A program made the position numbers and the translations under genes. A stretch of DNA of 64,000 nucleotides from Lachnospiraceae bacterium (GTDB taxonomy: Bacteria; Bacillota; Clostridia; Lachnospirales; Lachnospiraceae), in NCBI GenBank assembly GCA_017624115.1, contig JAGANQ010000068.1:20370-84369 (forward strand), given 5' to 3'. Of the stretch, positions 17,555 through 26,770 are shown one piece after another. How positions within the stretch are numbered: position 1 is the first letter of the stretch; each line of letters starts with the position of its first letter. Below the pieces are notes generated by a model. That model ran no database searches. It was given only the letters and a program-made list of their open reading frames with translations, and was not told where the DNA came from.

Positions 17555-19010
17555 AAATTTCCTCCATATTCAGATATTGTCTCAGCGTATCTGCCAGTAT
17601 GTCATACTGCGTCTCTTTAAAAGCCTGATAATCCATAATCGTTCCATTTTCCAGAGTAATCCCCTTTTTCTCTGCGAGTGCTTTTATGACAGCAGCGGCA
17701 ATTTCGCCCCGGTCAAACAATCCATGTACATAGGAGCCATATACATTTCCCTTACCGCCAAGCACCACAGGTAATTCCTCATGGTTTCCGTTGTATGCTT
17801 CTGCATATTCTGTCGTTCCCATATGTATCTCATAGCCTTCATATTCCATGCCGTTAAGGCATGCAAAAACTCCCGGCAGACTTTCCAACGCACCCGTTAC
17901 CTGGCAGCGCCTTTTTTCTTTTTTTAAGGCTGTGACAACAGGCAAAAGCTCCATTCCGCGAATCGTTCCGCCTTCCTCGACACAGTCATTATCCGAAATT
18001 TCATATCCTAACATCTGGTAACCTCCGCAAATGCCAAATACCGGGATTTCCTCAGACAGCTTTTTTACAGCGGCCTCCAGACCATTCTGGCGCATCCATT
18101 TCAGGTCACTCATGGTATTTTTGCTTCCCGGCAGAAAAAGGATGTCCGGAGATTTTAGTTCGCTGACCGATGTGACATAGCGTACACTCACATCCGGCTG
18201 CTGCTCAAACACGTTGAAATCCGTAAAATTCGATATTCTCGGATAACGTATCACTGCAATATCAATACATCCGGCTTTTTTTTCCGAAAACCGCTCCGAA
18301 AGACTGTCCTCATCATCCAGAGACAGGTTCATATAGGGAATCACTCCCAGCACAGGAATTCCTCCACGCTCCTCAAGCATCTCTATTCCCGGGTCGAGAA
18401 TCGTTTTATCTCCCCTGAATTTATTGATAAACAGCCCCTTTACTCTGCTTTTCTCTTCCTCCGTAAGCAGCATCAGCGTTCCCAAAAGCTGCGCAAACAC
18501 ACCGCCCCGGTCAATATCTCCTACCAGCAGTACTGGTGCATCTACCATCTGTGCCATGCCCATGTTTACAATGTCATTTTCCTTCAGATTAATCTCCGCC
18601 GGACTTCCTGCACCTTCTATAACAATGATATCTGCCAGCTCCTCCAGCTTTAAGAACGCTTTTTTTATGTCAGGTATCAGCTTCCTCTTACAGGCAAAAT
18701 ACTCCCTAGCACTCATATTGCCAAGTACCTCACCGTTTACAATAACCTGGGAGCCTGTCTGGTTGGTCGGCTTCAGTAATATGGGATTCATGCAGACAAG
18801 CGGTTTCATCCCGGCGGCCTCCGCCTGCATGACCTGTGCACGCCCCATCTCAAGTCCTTCCTCCGTGATATAGGAATTGAGCGCCATATTCTGAGATTTG
18901 AAAGGAGCCACGCGGTATCCGTCCTGTCTGAAAATCCTGCAAAGTCCTGCCACCAGAAGACTCTTACCCGCATTAGACATGGTACCCTGTATCATAATTA
19001 CCTTCGACAT
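17523..19010 (-). CDS. cobQ: Cobyric acid synthase
   Basis: It has [30 protein letters not shown], and a C-terminal GATase domain ([11 protein letters not shown]). Confidence 0.9.
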   Translation of the reverse strand: MSKVIMIQGTMSNAGKSLLVAGLCRIFRQDGYRVAPFKSQNMALNSYITEEGLEMGRAQVMQAEAAGMKPLVCMNPILLKPTNQTGSQVIVNGEVLGNMSAREYFACKRKLIPDIKKAFLKLEELADIIVIEGAGSPAEINLKENDIVNMGMAQMVDAPVLLVGDIDRGGVFAQLLGTLMLLTEEEKSRVKGLFINKFRGDKTILDPGIEMLEERGGIPVLGVIPYMNLSLDDEDSLSERFSEKKAGCIDIAVIRYPRISNFTDFNVFEQQPDVSVRYVTSVSELKSPDILFLPGSKNTMSDLKWMRQNGLEAAVKKLSEEIPVFGICGGYQMLGYEISDNDCVEEGGTIRGMELLPVVTALKKEKRRCQVTGALESLPGVFACLNGMEYEGYEIHMGTTEYAEAYNGNHEELPVVLGGKGNVYGSYVHGLFDRGEIAAAVIKALAEKKGITLENGTIMDYQAFKETQYDILADTLRQYLNMEEIYGILREAKLE

Positions 19011-19025
19011 ATATTATCCGCCCTT

Positions 19026-20132
19026 CTATGCTTCTGTTTCAATGATTTTTCCCCTTTGACGGGCAAATGCAAGCAGCTCCTGATTAGCAGCCTCAAAGCT
19101 TCCAAATGTCTTCCTGCAGCAGATTACCCTCTCACAGGAATCCATCCTTTGTTTTGCTTTTTTAAACACCATATCTGTAATGGGTTCAAATGCTTCTGCC
19201 GTTATCACCTCTGCTGCCAGAGCTTTTGCGACAGGATAATCCAGATCATTTTCAAACAATATTCCCGTTATAAATGAGATTCCTTCTCTCTGCAGCCGCC
19301 GGTATGTAGTTTTACCCCTGCCGCCACCTGCTATTACAAATACCGCTGCAGGTCCGTCAGCTGCAGAAAGCTCCATACTGCCATTTTCCTCGTCAAAGCT
19401 TCCCGATGTAATCGAAAACAGCTTCGCGATATAGCCCGGCACAAAGATTTCCTCCGGTTTCCCAAACCGTTCGGCATACTCTCCGTTAATGCAAAGTATT
19501 TTATCCGAAACCCTTGCTGCCAGTTCCAGCTCATGGAGTGACATAATAACTGTTAAATGTTTTTTTCTTCGCATTTCCTGTAAAACAGATAAAAATTCTA
19601 ATTTATATTTTACATCCAAATAGGAGGTTGGCTCATCCAGAATAATTATCTCCGGTTCCTGGCAGATTGCTCTCGCAAGCATAACACGCTGTCTCTGTCC
19701 ATCACTTATCCGTGTGAAATCCTCATTCTTTATCTCTGCTACATGCACCAGCTCCATGGCTTCCTCAACCACCTTATAATCTGCTTTCGATAAGATGCCA
19801 AAGCGGCCGGTATACGGATATCGTCCGGTAGCAACCACATCCTCGCAGGTCATCATTTCCGTCCGAAGCTTATCCGTTAATACTACTGCCATTTTCTGTG
19901 ACAATTCTGCACCGGACATTTGTACCATGTCCTGATTATTCAGATACATGACTCCATCAATCAGCTTAAGCTGTCTTGCAATGCTTTTTAAAACGGTAGA
20001 CTTTCCGGCGCCGTTAGGACCAATCAGTGTGAGAATTTCGCCTTTTTTGACGCTGATATCCATATTTTGAATAAGGGGACGCTTATGATAACCCACACTC
20101 ATCTTTTTTGTTGAAAAATAATATTCCATCAC
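19026..20132 (-). CDS. ABC transporter ATP-binding protein (FepC/BtuD-type) with a C-terminal extension of about 115 aa
   Basis: It carries Walker A (GPNGAGKST), the signature-like ISDGQRQRV and Walker B (IIILDEPTS). An extra domain follows, from about aa 250 (VFVIAGGGRGKTTYRRLQ...). Confidence 0.85.
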   Translation of the reverse strand: MMEYYFSTKKMSVGYHKRPLIQNMDISVKKGEILTLIGPNGAGKSTVLKSIARQLKLIDGVMYLNNQDMVQMSGAELSQKMAVVLTDKLRTEMMTCEDVVATGRYPYTGRFGILSKADYKVVEEAMELVHVAEIKNEDFTRISDGQRQRVMLARAICQEPEIIILDEPTSYLDVKYKLEFLSVLQEMRRKKHLTVIMSLHELELAARVSDKILCINGEYAERFGKPEEIFVPGYIAKLFSITSGSFDEENGSMELSAADGPAAVFVIAGGGRGKTTYRRLQREGISFITGILFENDLDYPVAKALAAEVITAEAFEPITDMVFKKAKQRMDSCERVICCRKTFGSFEAANQELLAFARQRGKIIETEA

Positions 20133-21151
20133 ATCTGTTTCTCCTTATTGCGCCTTATCATAACCCACAGCACTACCGGAGCGCCAAAGACTGCTGTCAC
20201 AGTGCTGATGCTGAGCTCCGTCGGGGCAAGCATCGTTCTTGCCAGCAAATCACAGAACAGGCAGAAGACGCTGCCGCCTAAAAAGCATGCCGGTATCATA
20301 AGAATCGGTTTTGCTGTCCCCAAAAGGCTCTTTACCAGATGCGGTGCTGCGATTCCTACAAAGGAAATCGGCCCTGCATACGCCACAATGCAGGCAGACA
20401 AAATGCTGGACAAAATAACTAAAAGAGCACGAAGCAGCCGGATATCCACCCCCATATTCCGCGCATAGGCTTCACCTGACTGGTACGCACTTAATGGCTT
20501 GGACAGCAAAAATACTGCACCGAAGGTCACTGCTATTATGACTGCCATGACGGAGACATTATCCCACGACATACCGGAGAAGCTTCCTCTTGACCAGTTA
20601 TGCAGGTTCACGATATCGGCATCACTGGCAAAGGTGATAACAAGCTCTGTAACTGCCGAGCAGATATATCCAATCATAACCCCGCTGACAACCAGCATGG
20701 ACATGTTACTTACCTTACGGGACATCAGCAGAACAAACCCCATCGATATCATTGCTCCAAAAAATGCTGCAAGGATAAGTGCTGCAGAGCTGACCTTTAT
20801 CGCCCTTCCAAGCAGAAACACCATAACCAGAGACACAATCATCTTTGCTCCCGAAGAAATGCCCAGAACAAACGGTCCCGCAATCGGATTATGAAAAAAT
20901 TCCTGCAGAAGGTAGCCGGAAAGCGCCAGCGCACCACCCAGTATCATCGCCGCCAATGACCTGGGAAGGCGGATATCCCATAGAATTCTTGCTGTTGTTT
21001 TATCGATTTCCTTCCCTGTAACCGCTTTTGCAATATCGGGCAGGGAAATCTCCACACTCCCGATGCGGACATTCAGAATCAAAAGCATTGCTGCCCCTGC
21101 TGCAAGCAGAACAAAAACTGTACTGTACCTGATAGTTCTATTCAACCGCAT
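20129..21151 (-). CDS. FecCD/BtuC-family ABC transporter permease
   Basis: It is a hydrophobic protein of about 10 TM segments with the LPRSLAAMILGGALALSG and NPIAGPFVLGISSGA motifs of the iron-siderophore/B12 permease family. Confidence 0.85.
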   Translation of the reverse strand: MRLNRTIRYSTVFVLLAAGAAMLLILNVRIGSVEISLPDIAKAVTGKEIDKTTARILWDIRLPRSLAAMILGGALALSGYLLQEFFHNPIAGPFVLGISSGAKMIVSLVMVFLLGRAIKVSSAALILAAFFGAMISMGFVLLMSRKVSNMSMLVVSGVMIGYICSAVTELVITFASDADIVNLHNWSRGSFSGMSWDNVSVMAVIIAVTFGAVFLLSKPLSAYQSGEAYARNMGVDIRLLRALLVILSSILSACIVAYAGPISFVGIAAPHLVKSLLGTAKPILMIPACFLGGSVFCLFCDLLARTMLAPTELSISTVTAVFGAPVVLWVMIRRNKEKQM

Positions 21152-22376
21152 CCTGCCCCTCCTGCTCTAACCGGAAAAGATACCTCATATTCTCTTCTCC
21201 TTTTCCATGAAGCATAGTATAGATATCTTCCACCAGATACCCAATTGACATTGACTGCTGGTACATATCATTGGTTGTACAAAAGACATTGCCGTCCTGC
21301 ACTGCATTGAAATCCTCTAAAAGCTCACATTTATCAAGAAGCTGTTCTATGGATGCAACACCACCGTCTATCGAGCTGTTATAAATGATAAAATCTGCAT
21401 CCTTAGCACCCTTATAAAACTCTTCTACCTGCATATTCATAGTGGAACGGTTGGACTGCGGATCACCTAAATGATCAAATATATATCTGCCGCCTGCCAG
21501 TGCGATCATCTTCGGCACATAATCAGAGCTTTGCCGCACCTGTACCAGTCCGTTAGAGGTAATGAAGAAGAATGCGACCGTTTTGTCTGTTTTTTCATCC
21601 GATGTCACCTGCTCCAAAATAGCTGTCTGTTTGTTAAACGCTTCTTCTGCCTTCTCTTCTTTTCCTACTAATGCACCGAAAAATTTAATCCATTCTACCC
21701 TGCCAAGAGGATGGGACTCATAGCTGGAATACTCAATCATAACCGGAACGCCAAAATCCTCAAGCTTCTCTATCACCTCCGGTGAATGAGAAATCATCAT
21801 ATTTTCAATGGCAAGAGAACAATTCTGCGACACAATCAGCTCATAGTCCGGTTTATTATATTTTCCGGCATATAGCATACTGCCGTCAGCCATAGCTTTC
21901 TTTGCTGCATCAATATACCAGCCATCCTCCTTCTGTCCCGAGAGCGCAATCGCATCCAGTGCATCCAGCTCACAAAACATATCCATGACTGCTGATGCCA
22001 CCAGATATAGATTTTCTATCGGACGCTTTAAAACAATAATGTCATCCTCCAGATTTTCAGGAATCCTCTCTTTCTCCGGTACCACCAGGATTTTTGTACC
22101 ATCCTTTATGGTCAGCAGAGTATATCCGCCCTCATAATAATCCACCGAAAAATTCTGTGCATACTGAAGCTCCATGCTGCTCTCATATACCAGACCCGTG
22201 CTGTCCCGGTCCACAATTATCTCATCCGCTGTCGTACTCTCTGTTATCTCTATACTTGCTGTCTCTATCGCCGCCTCTGTATTGGATATGGAGCCGGAAC
22301 TGCCGCAGCTATACAGTCCCGGCAGCCCCAGGAAAAATAAGCAGCATAATATTACTATGTTTTTTCTTCCTGCCAT
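21138..22376 (-). CDS. Substrate-binding lipoprotein of the siderophore/haem/B12 (BtuF-like) ABC class
   Basis: A signal peptide ends in the lipobox LYSC. The protein is of the class III periplasmic-binding type by size and lies upstream of the FecCD permease. Confidence 0.7.
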   Translation of the reverse strand: MAGRKNIVILCCLFFLGLPGLYSCGSSGSISNTEAAIETASIEITESTTADEIIVDRDSTGLVYESSMELQYAQNFSVDYYEGGYTLLTIKDGTKILVVPEKERIPENLEDDIIVLKRPIENLYLVASAVMDMFCELDALDAIALSGQKEDGWYIDAAKKAMADGSMLYAGKYNKPDYELIVSQNCSLAIENMMISHSPEVIEKLEDFGVPVMIEYSSYESHPLGRVEWIKFFGALVGKEEKAEEAFNKQTAILEQVTSDEKTDKTVAFFFITSNGLVQVRQSSDYVPKMIALAGGRYIFDHLGDPQSNRSTMNMQVEEFYKGAKDADFIIYNSSIDGGVASIEQLLDKCELLEDFNAVQDGNVFCTTNDMYQQSMSIGYLVEDIYTMLHGKGEENMRYLFRLEQEGQDAVE

Positions 22377-22387
22377 TTTAGTTCCTC

Positions 22388-24049
22388 TTATTTCACTGCT
22401 TTCATAGTGTCAGAATGAAAGGTAAGTGTATATTCTACTTCATGCGGCTTACTCATTGCTACCGTGTCACCGATTACTGCTATTTCCGTATCAAATGCCG
22501 AAACAGGAATCTCAAACACAGAATTTCCTTCTGTATTAACCGGCAGATATTTTACGCCATCCACAAGCATATAGTCATAATTAGGGCTGCTCCACTCAAT
22601 TGTGGCAATAACCGTATCTCCAGTCACAGTAATGGCTGCAGGTGATATAACCGTAGTTTTTCCGCTTCCTCCGCCAAGCGTTACCTCGATTGTATAAGTA
22701 CCATCCTCCGCTTTCACTTCTGTGGAAACAGATTCTTCTTCCGTATCTGTTTTTCCCTCATCAGCAGCCGCTGAAAGAGTCGATGACAGGAAGGTAAGCT
22801 GGCGCTCATACCATTCTCCCTTCTTCTTACTGAAAGCTGCACAGTCAATCGGCTGATCCAATGCTTCTACCGGAATTGTATAGGTATAAGCTCCCTCTGC
22901 ATTCTCTGCAAACGGAATACAGTCCGCCTCATCTGCTGATGCTGCCTGCTCACCGGTACCCATGTAAAGCTTGCTGTAGCCTGTACCGCTAAGCGTAATA
23001 ACCGCTGTCATCTTTCCGTCCGCTATAGTCAGTTCTGCACTTTCCACCTTAAACATCGAAGAACTCGACTCCACTTCTATGCTGTAGATTCCATCTGTAA
23101 GCTCTGTTACTGTAGTCTCTGCTTCAGTTTCTTCTATCCCTTCAAAGCTTATTCCCTCTGCAATAGCAGTTCCGATATGCGCTACATAGATATCCTGAAT
23201 CGCAGGAATCTGTCCCAATCCCTCCAGAACACACTCCACCTCGTAGCCTTCCTTTTTAAGAATCGTCTTCCATGAATCCTCTTCCTCTCCTGCCATATCA
23301 TTGTTGGCATGATCTCCGGCTACTACCATTAAAGGTTCCAGAACAACCTTCTTATAGGTTCCCTTCGTTTTCAAAGCTGCTGTCACATCCTCCAGCGTTG
23401 GTTCGGCCTCTACTGTTCCAATGTAATAATTGTCATAGCCACCCTGCGCCAGCTTCTCCTGAAGCTTTGCATAGACTCCGTTAGAAGCCGCCTCTGTCCC
23501 ATGTCCCATAAAGCAGACAGCGGTTTCTCCGTCATCATACGCCACAGTCTTCTCTGTGATTGCTTTAATCACTGCATCAAAATCGGCATCGCTTGTCAAT
23601 AATGGCTCTCCCAGTATAATCTTATCAAACTTGTCCATATAGTCTGTCAATGCTTTTGCAAGGTCGGTATATTCATAGCCGTTCATCAGATGTGTAGGCT
23701 GTACTGCCAGTTCCCTCACGCCATCGGCTACGGCTCTGTCCAATGCCTCTTCTACATTATCAATCTCCAGTCCGTCGCGTTCCTTCAGGATATCAATAAT
23801 AATCTGACTGGTAAATGCCCTGCGCACCTCATATTCCGGGTATGAATCTGCAATCGCATGTTCAATGGCGCCAATCGTAATGTCACGGCTATCATTGTAG
23901 CTGGTGCCAAAGCTTACTACCAGAATCGCCTTATTGCTGTTTATCTGCTCCGGCTCTGTGGTCTGGCTCTGTGCCGCTTCCTTTGCGCAGCCGCCAAAAC
24001 AGCATACGCTTAACATTACTGCCAACATCGTTACGAATCGTTTTTTCAT
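22388..24049 (-). CDS. Secreted lipoprotein: sirohydrochlorin cobaltochelatase (CbiK) fold plus two C-terminal beta-rich repeats
   Basis: The start MKKRFVTMLAVMLSVCCFGGC (ATG 24049, AAGAGGA RBS) gives a signal peptide and lipobox. The CbiK-like core has ILVVSFGTSY, QPTHLMNG and FMGHGT. An internal duplication follows (DGIYSIEV... and DGTYTIEV...). The ORF track extends to 24172 across the terminator. Confidence 0.75.
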   Translation of the reverse strand: MKKRFVTMLAVMLSVCCFGGCAKEAAQSQTTEPEQINSNKAILVVSFGTSYNDSRDITIGAIEHAIADSYPEYEVRRAFTSQIIIDILKERDGLEIDNVEEALDRAVADGVRELAVQPTHLMNGYEYTDLAKALTDYMDKFDKIILGEPLLTSDADFDAVIKAITEKTVAYDDGETAVCFMGHGTEAASNGVYAKLQEKLAQGGYDNYYIGTVEAEPTLEDVTAALKTKGTYKKVVLEPLMVVAGDHANNDMAGEEEDSWKTILKKEGYEVECVLEGLGQIPAIQDIYVAHIGTAIAEGISFEGIEETEAETTVTELTDGIYSIEVESSSSMFKVESAELTIADGKMTAVITLSGTGYSKLYMGTGEQAASADEADCIPFAENAEGAYTYTIPVEALDQPIDCAAFSKKKGEWYERQLTFLSSTLSAAADEGKTDTEEESVSTEVKAEDGTYTIEVTLGGGSGKTTVISPAAITVTGDTVIATIEWSSPNYDYMLVDGVKYLPVNTEGNSVFEIPVSAFDTEIAVIGDTVAMSKPHEVEYTLTFHSDTMKAVK

Positions 24050-24126
24050 ATTGTCCTCTTTTCTGCAGTGTTCCTGCCATTTGTATTTTTTTCCTACAGA
24101 AACGATTCCAATACCCGTAAAAACGC

Positions 24127-24169
24127 AGCAAAAAGAAAAACCCTTTCCTATACAGGTAAAGGGTTTGTA
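24127..24169 (-). terminator. Intrinsic terminator acting as the riboswitch expression platform
   Basis: The minus strand reads ACAAACCCTTTACCTGTATAGGAAAGGGTTTTTCTTTTTGC, a 9-12 bp stem plus a U-run. It lies between the aptamer and the first start codon. Confidence 0.75.
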
Positions 24170-24259
24170 CACAAAATAAATCTGCTGAAAGCATAGCTAT
24201 GCTTCGCAAACTATCACGTACAACCAGTTACTCGTGGTCTGAAACAAACGTTTCTGTAC

Positions 24260-24435
24260 AACAGTCAGGCAGGTCTCCCGGCTTAAAGATCATCGCATCC
24301 GCCATCTTCCCAGTTTCCCAGTGATATATCGGCCTCAGCTCCCTAATTACGGTGACGAGTTCGTACAGGATTTGCACCTGTTTCCCTTTTCACCGGAACC
24401 AATCACATTCGTGATTGTTCCGACACCTGACTGTT
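24260..24435 (-). promoter_or_regulatory. Cobalamin (B12) riboswitch aptamer
   Basis: The minus strand has P1 AACAGTCAGG...CCTGACTGTT. The conserved core GGTGAAAAGGGAAACAGGTGCAAATCC is present, with CACTGGGAAACTGGGAAG. The B12 box AAGCCGGGAGACCTGCC is also present. Confidence 0.9.
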
Positions 24436-24464
24436 ACATATTCAATTTGTACAAGTATACTATT

Positions 24465-26582
24465 TTACTGTTCCTGCTCTTTCAGCTTTGCCTCAGCTTC
24501 TTTTGCATCCTTGATGCTGAAGCTGATTCTGCCCATTTTATCCTTTCCAAGGCATACTACCTTAACCACATCGCCAAGAGTCAGAACATCCTCTACACGG
24601 TTGATTCTTTCCTTACAAATCTTGGAAATATGAACCATACCCTCTTTACCCGGAGCAAACTCAAGGAATGCACCGAATTCCTTAATACTGATAACCTTAC
24701 CCGTGAAAATCTGTCCCTCTTCAAAATCGGTTACGATAGTCTGGATATAACGGACTGCCTTATCCATCATCGCCTTATCGGTACCGCATACCGATACTGC
24801 GCCATCGTCTGTAATGTCAATCTTGACACCAGTCTCATCAATAATTGCGTTGATTGTCTTACCTCTCTGACCAACTACATCACCAATCTTTGACGGGTCA
24901 ATCTGAATCTGGATAATCTTAGGAGCGTAAGGACCTACCTCCGGTCTTGGAGCAGCGATTGCCTTGCTCATACAGTTCTCCATGATATACATTCTTGCCT
25001 CACGGCATCTTGCAATCGCACCCTCAACGATTTCTCTGGTAAGACCATGAATCTTAATGTCCATCTGAATAGCAGTGATACCGACATCTGTACCTGTTAC
25101 CTTAAAGTCCATATCGCCGAAGAAATCCTCAAGTCCCTGGATATCTGTCAGCAATACATAATCATCATCTGTCTCTCCCGTTACCAGTCCGCATGAAATA
25201 CCTGCTACCATTTTCTTAATTGGAACACCTGCAGCCATCAGAGACATACAGGAAGCACAGGTAGAAGCCATAGAGGTTGAACCGTTAGACTCAAAGGTTT
25301 CAGATACAGTACGGATTGCATATGGGAATTCCTCTTCACTTGGAAGTACCGGAATCAATGCTCTCTCTGCGAGTGCTCCATGTCCGATTTCACGGCGTCC
25401 CGGTCCTCTGGACGGTTTTGTCTCTCCTACGGAATATGCCGGGAAATTATAATGATGCATATATCTCTTCGAAGTTTCATTCTCATCCAGGCCGTCTAAC
25501 CTTTGTGCATCAGACAATGGTGCCAGTGTACATACATTGCAGATCTGAGTCTGACCTCTCGTAAACATAGCAGAGCCGTGTACTCTCGGAATAATATCCA
25601 CCTCTGCTGCAAGCGGTCTGATCTGTGTAATCTCTCTTCCGTCCGGGCGCTTATGATCCTTCAGAATCATCTTACGAACCGTCTTCTTCTGATACTGATA
25701 CAGTGCCTCATCAAGAACAGCCAACCAGTCTTCCTTCTCAGCAAATGCCTCAGCCAGCTTCTCTTTAACAGCACGGATATTCTCTTCTCTTACCTGCTTT
25801 TCGTCGGTAAATACAGCCGTCTCCATCTCCTCTGGAGTGACAATCTCCTTCATCGCTGCAAACAGCTCCTCAGGAATCGCACAGCTTTCATACGAATGCT
25901 TTGGCTTACCGCACTCTGCCACGATTTTATCAATAAATGCAATAACCTGCTGGTTTACCTTATGCGCCTCATAAATTGCCTCTACCATCTTTGCTTCCGG
26001 AATCTCATTTGCTCCGGCTTCAATCATGATAACCTTCTCTCTGGTAGAAGCTACTGTAAGCTTTAAATCCGATACTGCATTCTGCGCTGCATTCGGATTA
26101 ATGACAAACTCTCCATTAATCAGACCAACCTGTGTTGTTGCACATGGTCCGTTAAACGGGATATCAGAAATTGCCGTTGCAATCGCAGAGCCCAGCATCG
26201 CTGTCAGCTCAGGGCTGCACTCAGGATCTACAGACATAACCATATTATTTAAGGTTACATCATTTCTGTAATCCTTCGGAAATAACGGACGCATCGGTCT
26301 GTCGATAACACGGGAGGTAAGAATTGCATTCTCGGATGCCTTTCCCTCTCTCTTATTGAAACCGCCCGGAATCTTGCCTACGGCATATAACTTCTCTTCA
26401 TATTCTACGCTGAGCGGGAAGAAGTCAATTCCCTCTCTCGGTGCATCGGAAGCAGTTGCTGTAGATAATACAACCGTATCACCATAGTGCATGAATGCTG
26501 CTCCATTCGCCTGTGCTGCTACTCTGCCAACATCAACCGTTAATGTTCTGCCAGCCAGTTCCATTGAAAAACTCTTGTACAT
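24465..26582 (-). CDS. pnp: Polyribonucleotide nucleotidyltransferase (PNPase)
   Basis: The 705-aa protein has two RNase PH-like domains followed by KH (IGDVVGQRGKTI) and S1 (GKVISIKEFGAFLEF) domains. It lies downstream of rpsO. Confidence 0.95.
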   Translation of the reverse strand: MYKSFSMELAGRTLTVDVGRVAAQANGAAFMHYGDTVVLSTATASDAPREGIDFFPLSVEYEEKLYAVGKIPGGFNKREGKASENAILTSRVIDRPMRPLFPKDYRNDVTLNNMVMSVDPECSPELTAMLGSAIATAISDIPFNGPCATTQVGLINGEFVINPNAAQNAVSDLKLTVASTREKVIMIEAGANEIPEAKMVEAIYEAHKVNQQVIAFIDKIVAECGKPKHSYESCAIPEELFAAMKEIVTPEEMETAVFTDEKQVREENIRAVKEKLAEAFAEKEDWLAVLDEALYQYQKKTVRKMILKDHKRPDGREITQIRPLAAEVDIIPRVHGSAMFTRGQTQICNVCTLAPLSDAQRLDGLDENETSKRYMHHYNFPAYSVGETKPSRGPGRREIGHGALAERALIPVLPSEEEFPYAIRTVSETFESNGSTSMASTCASCMSLMAAGVPIKKMVAGISCGLVTGETDDDYVLLTDIQGLEDFFGDMDFKVTGTDVGITAIQMDIKIHGLTREIVEGAIARCREARMYIMENCMSKAIAAPRPEVGPYAPKIIQIQIDPSKIGDVVGQRGKTINAIIDETGVKIDITDDGAVSVCGTDKAMMDKAVRYIQTIVTDFEEGQIFTGKVISIKEFGAFLEFAPGKEGMVHISKICKERINRVEDVLTLGDVVKVVCLGKDKMGRISFSIKDAKEAEAKLKEQEQ

Positions 26583-26723
26583 ATCTGTACCTCCTTCTGC
26601 TTGATTTTCCAGCCGAAGATACCGAAACTACTGAACTGTGCACGAAACGTCATGCATACTTCAGTGGTCCCGGAAGCTATCCTCTGGCTGGAATGATAAT
26701 GAGTGCGTTCCTGCCCGGAGGGC

Positions 26724-26770
26724 TTTTTGTGTAATAGGAAATTCTATCGGAATTTCCTATTACACAAAAA
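26724..26770. repeat. Perfect 21-bp inverted repeat (hairpin with a 5-nt loop) in the rpsO-pnp intergenic region
   Basis: TTTTTGTGTAATAGGAAATTC tatcg GAATTTCCTATTACACAAAAA. The two arms are exact reverse complements. Confidence 0.9.

Noticed and set aside
24173-24893. ORFs covering the riboswitch region: the N-terminal extension of the CbiK-like ORF to 24172, the 92-aa ORF at 23931-24209, and the 190-aa + strand ORF at 24321-24893.
   Set aside because: The region is fully explained by a cobalamin riboswitch aptamer, its terminator and the 3' end of pnp. The CbiK-like gene has a good RBS and ATG at 24049, followed directly by a signal peptide.
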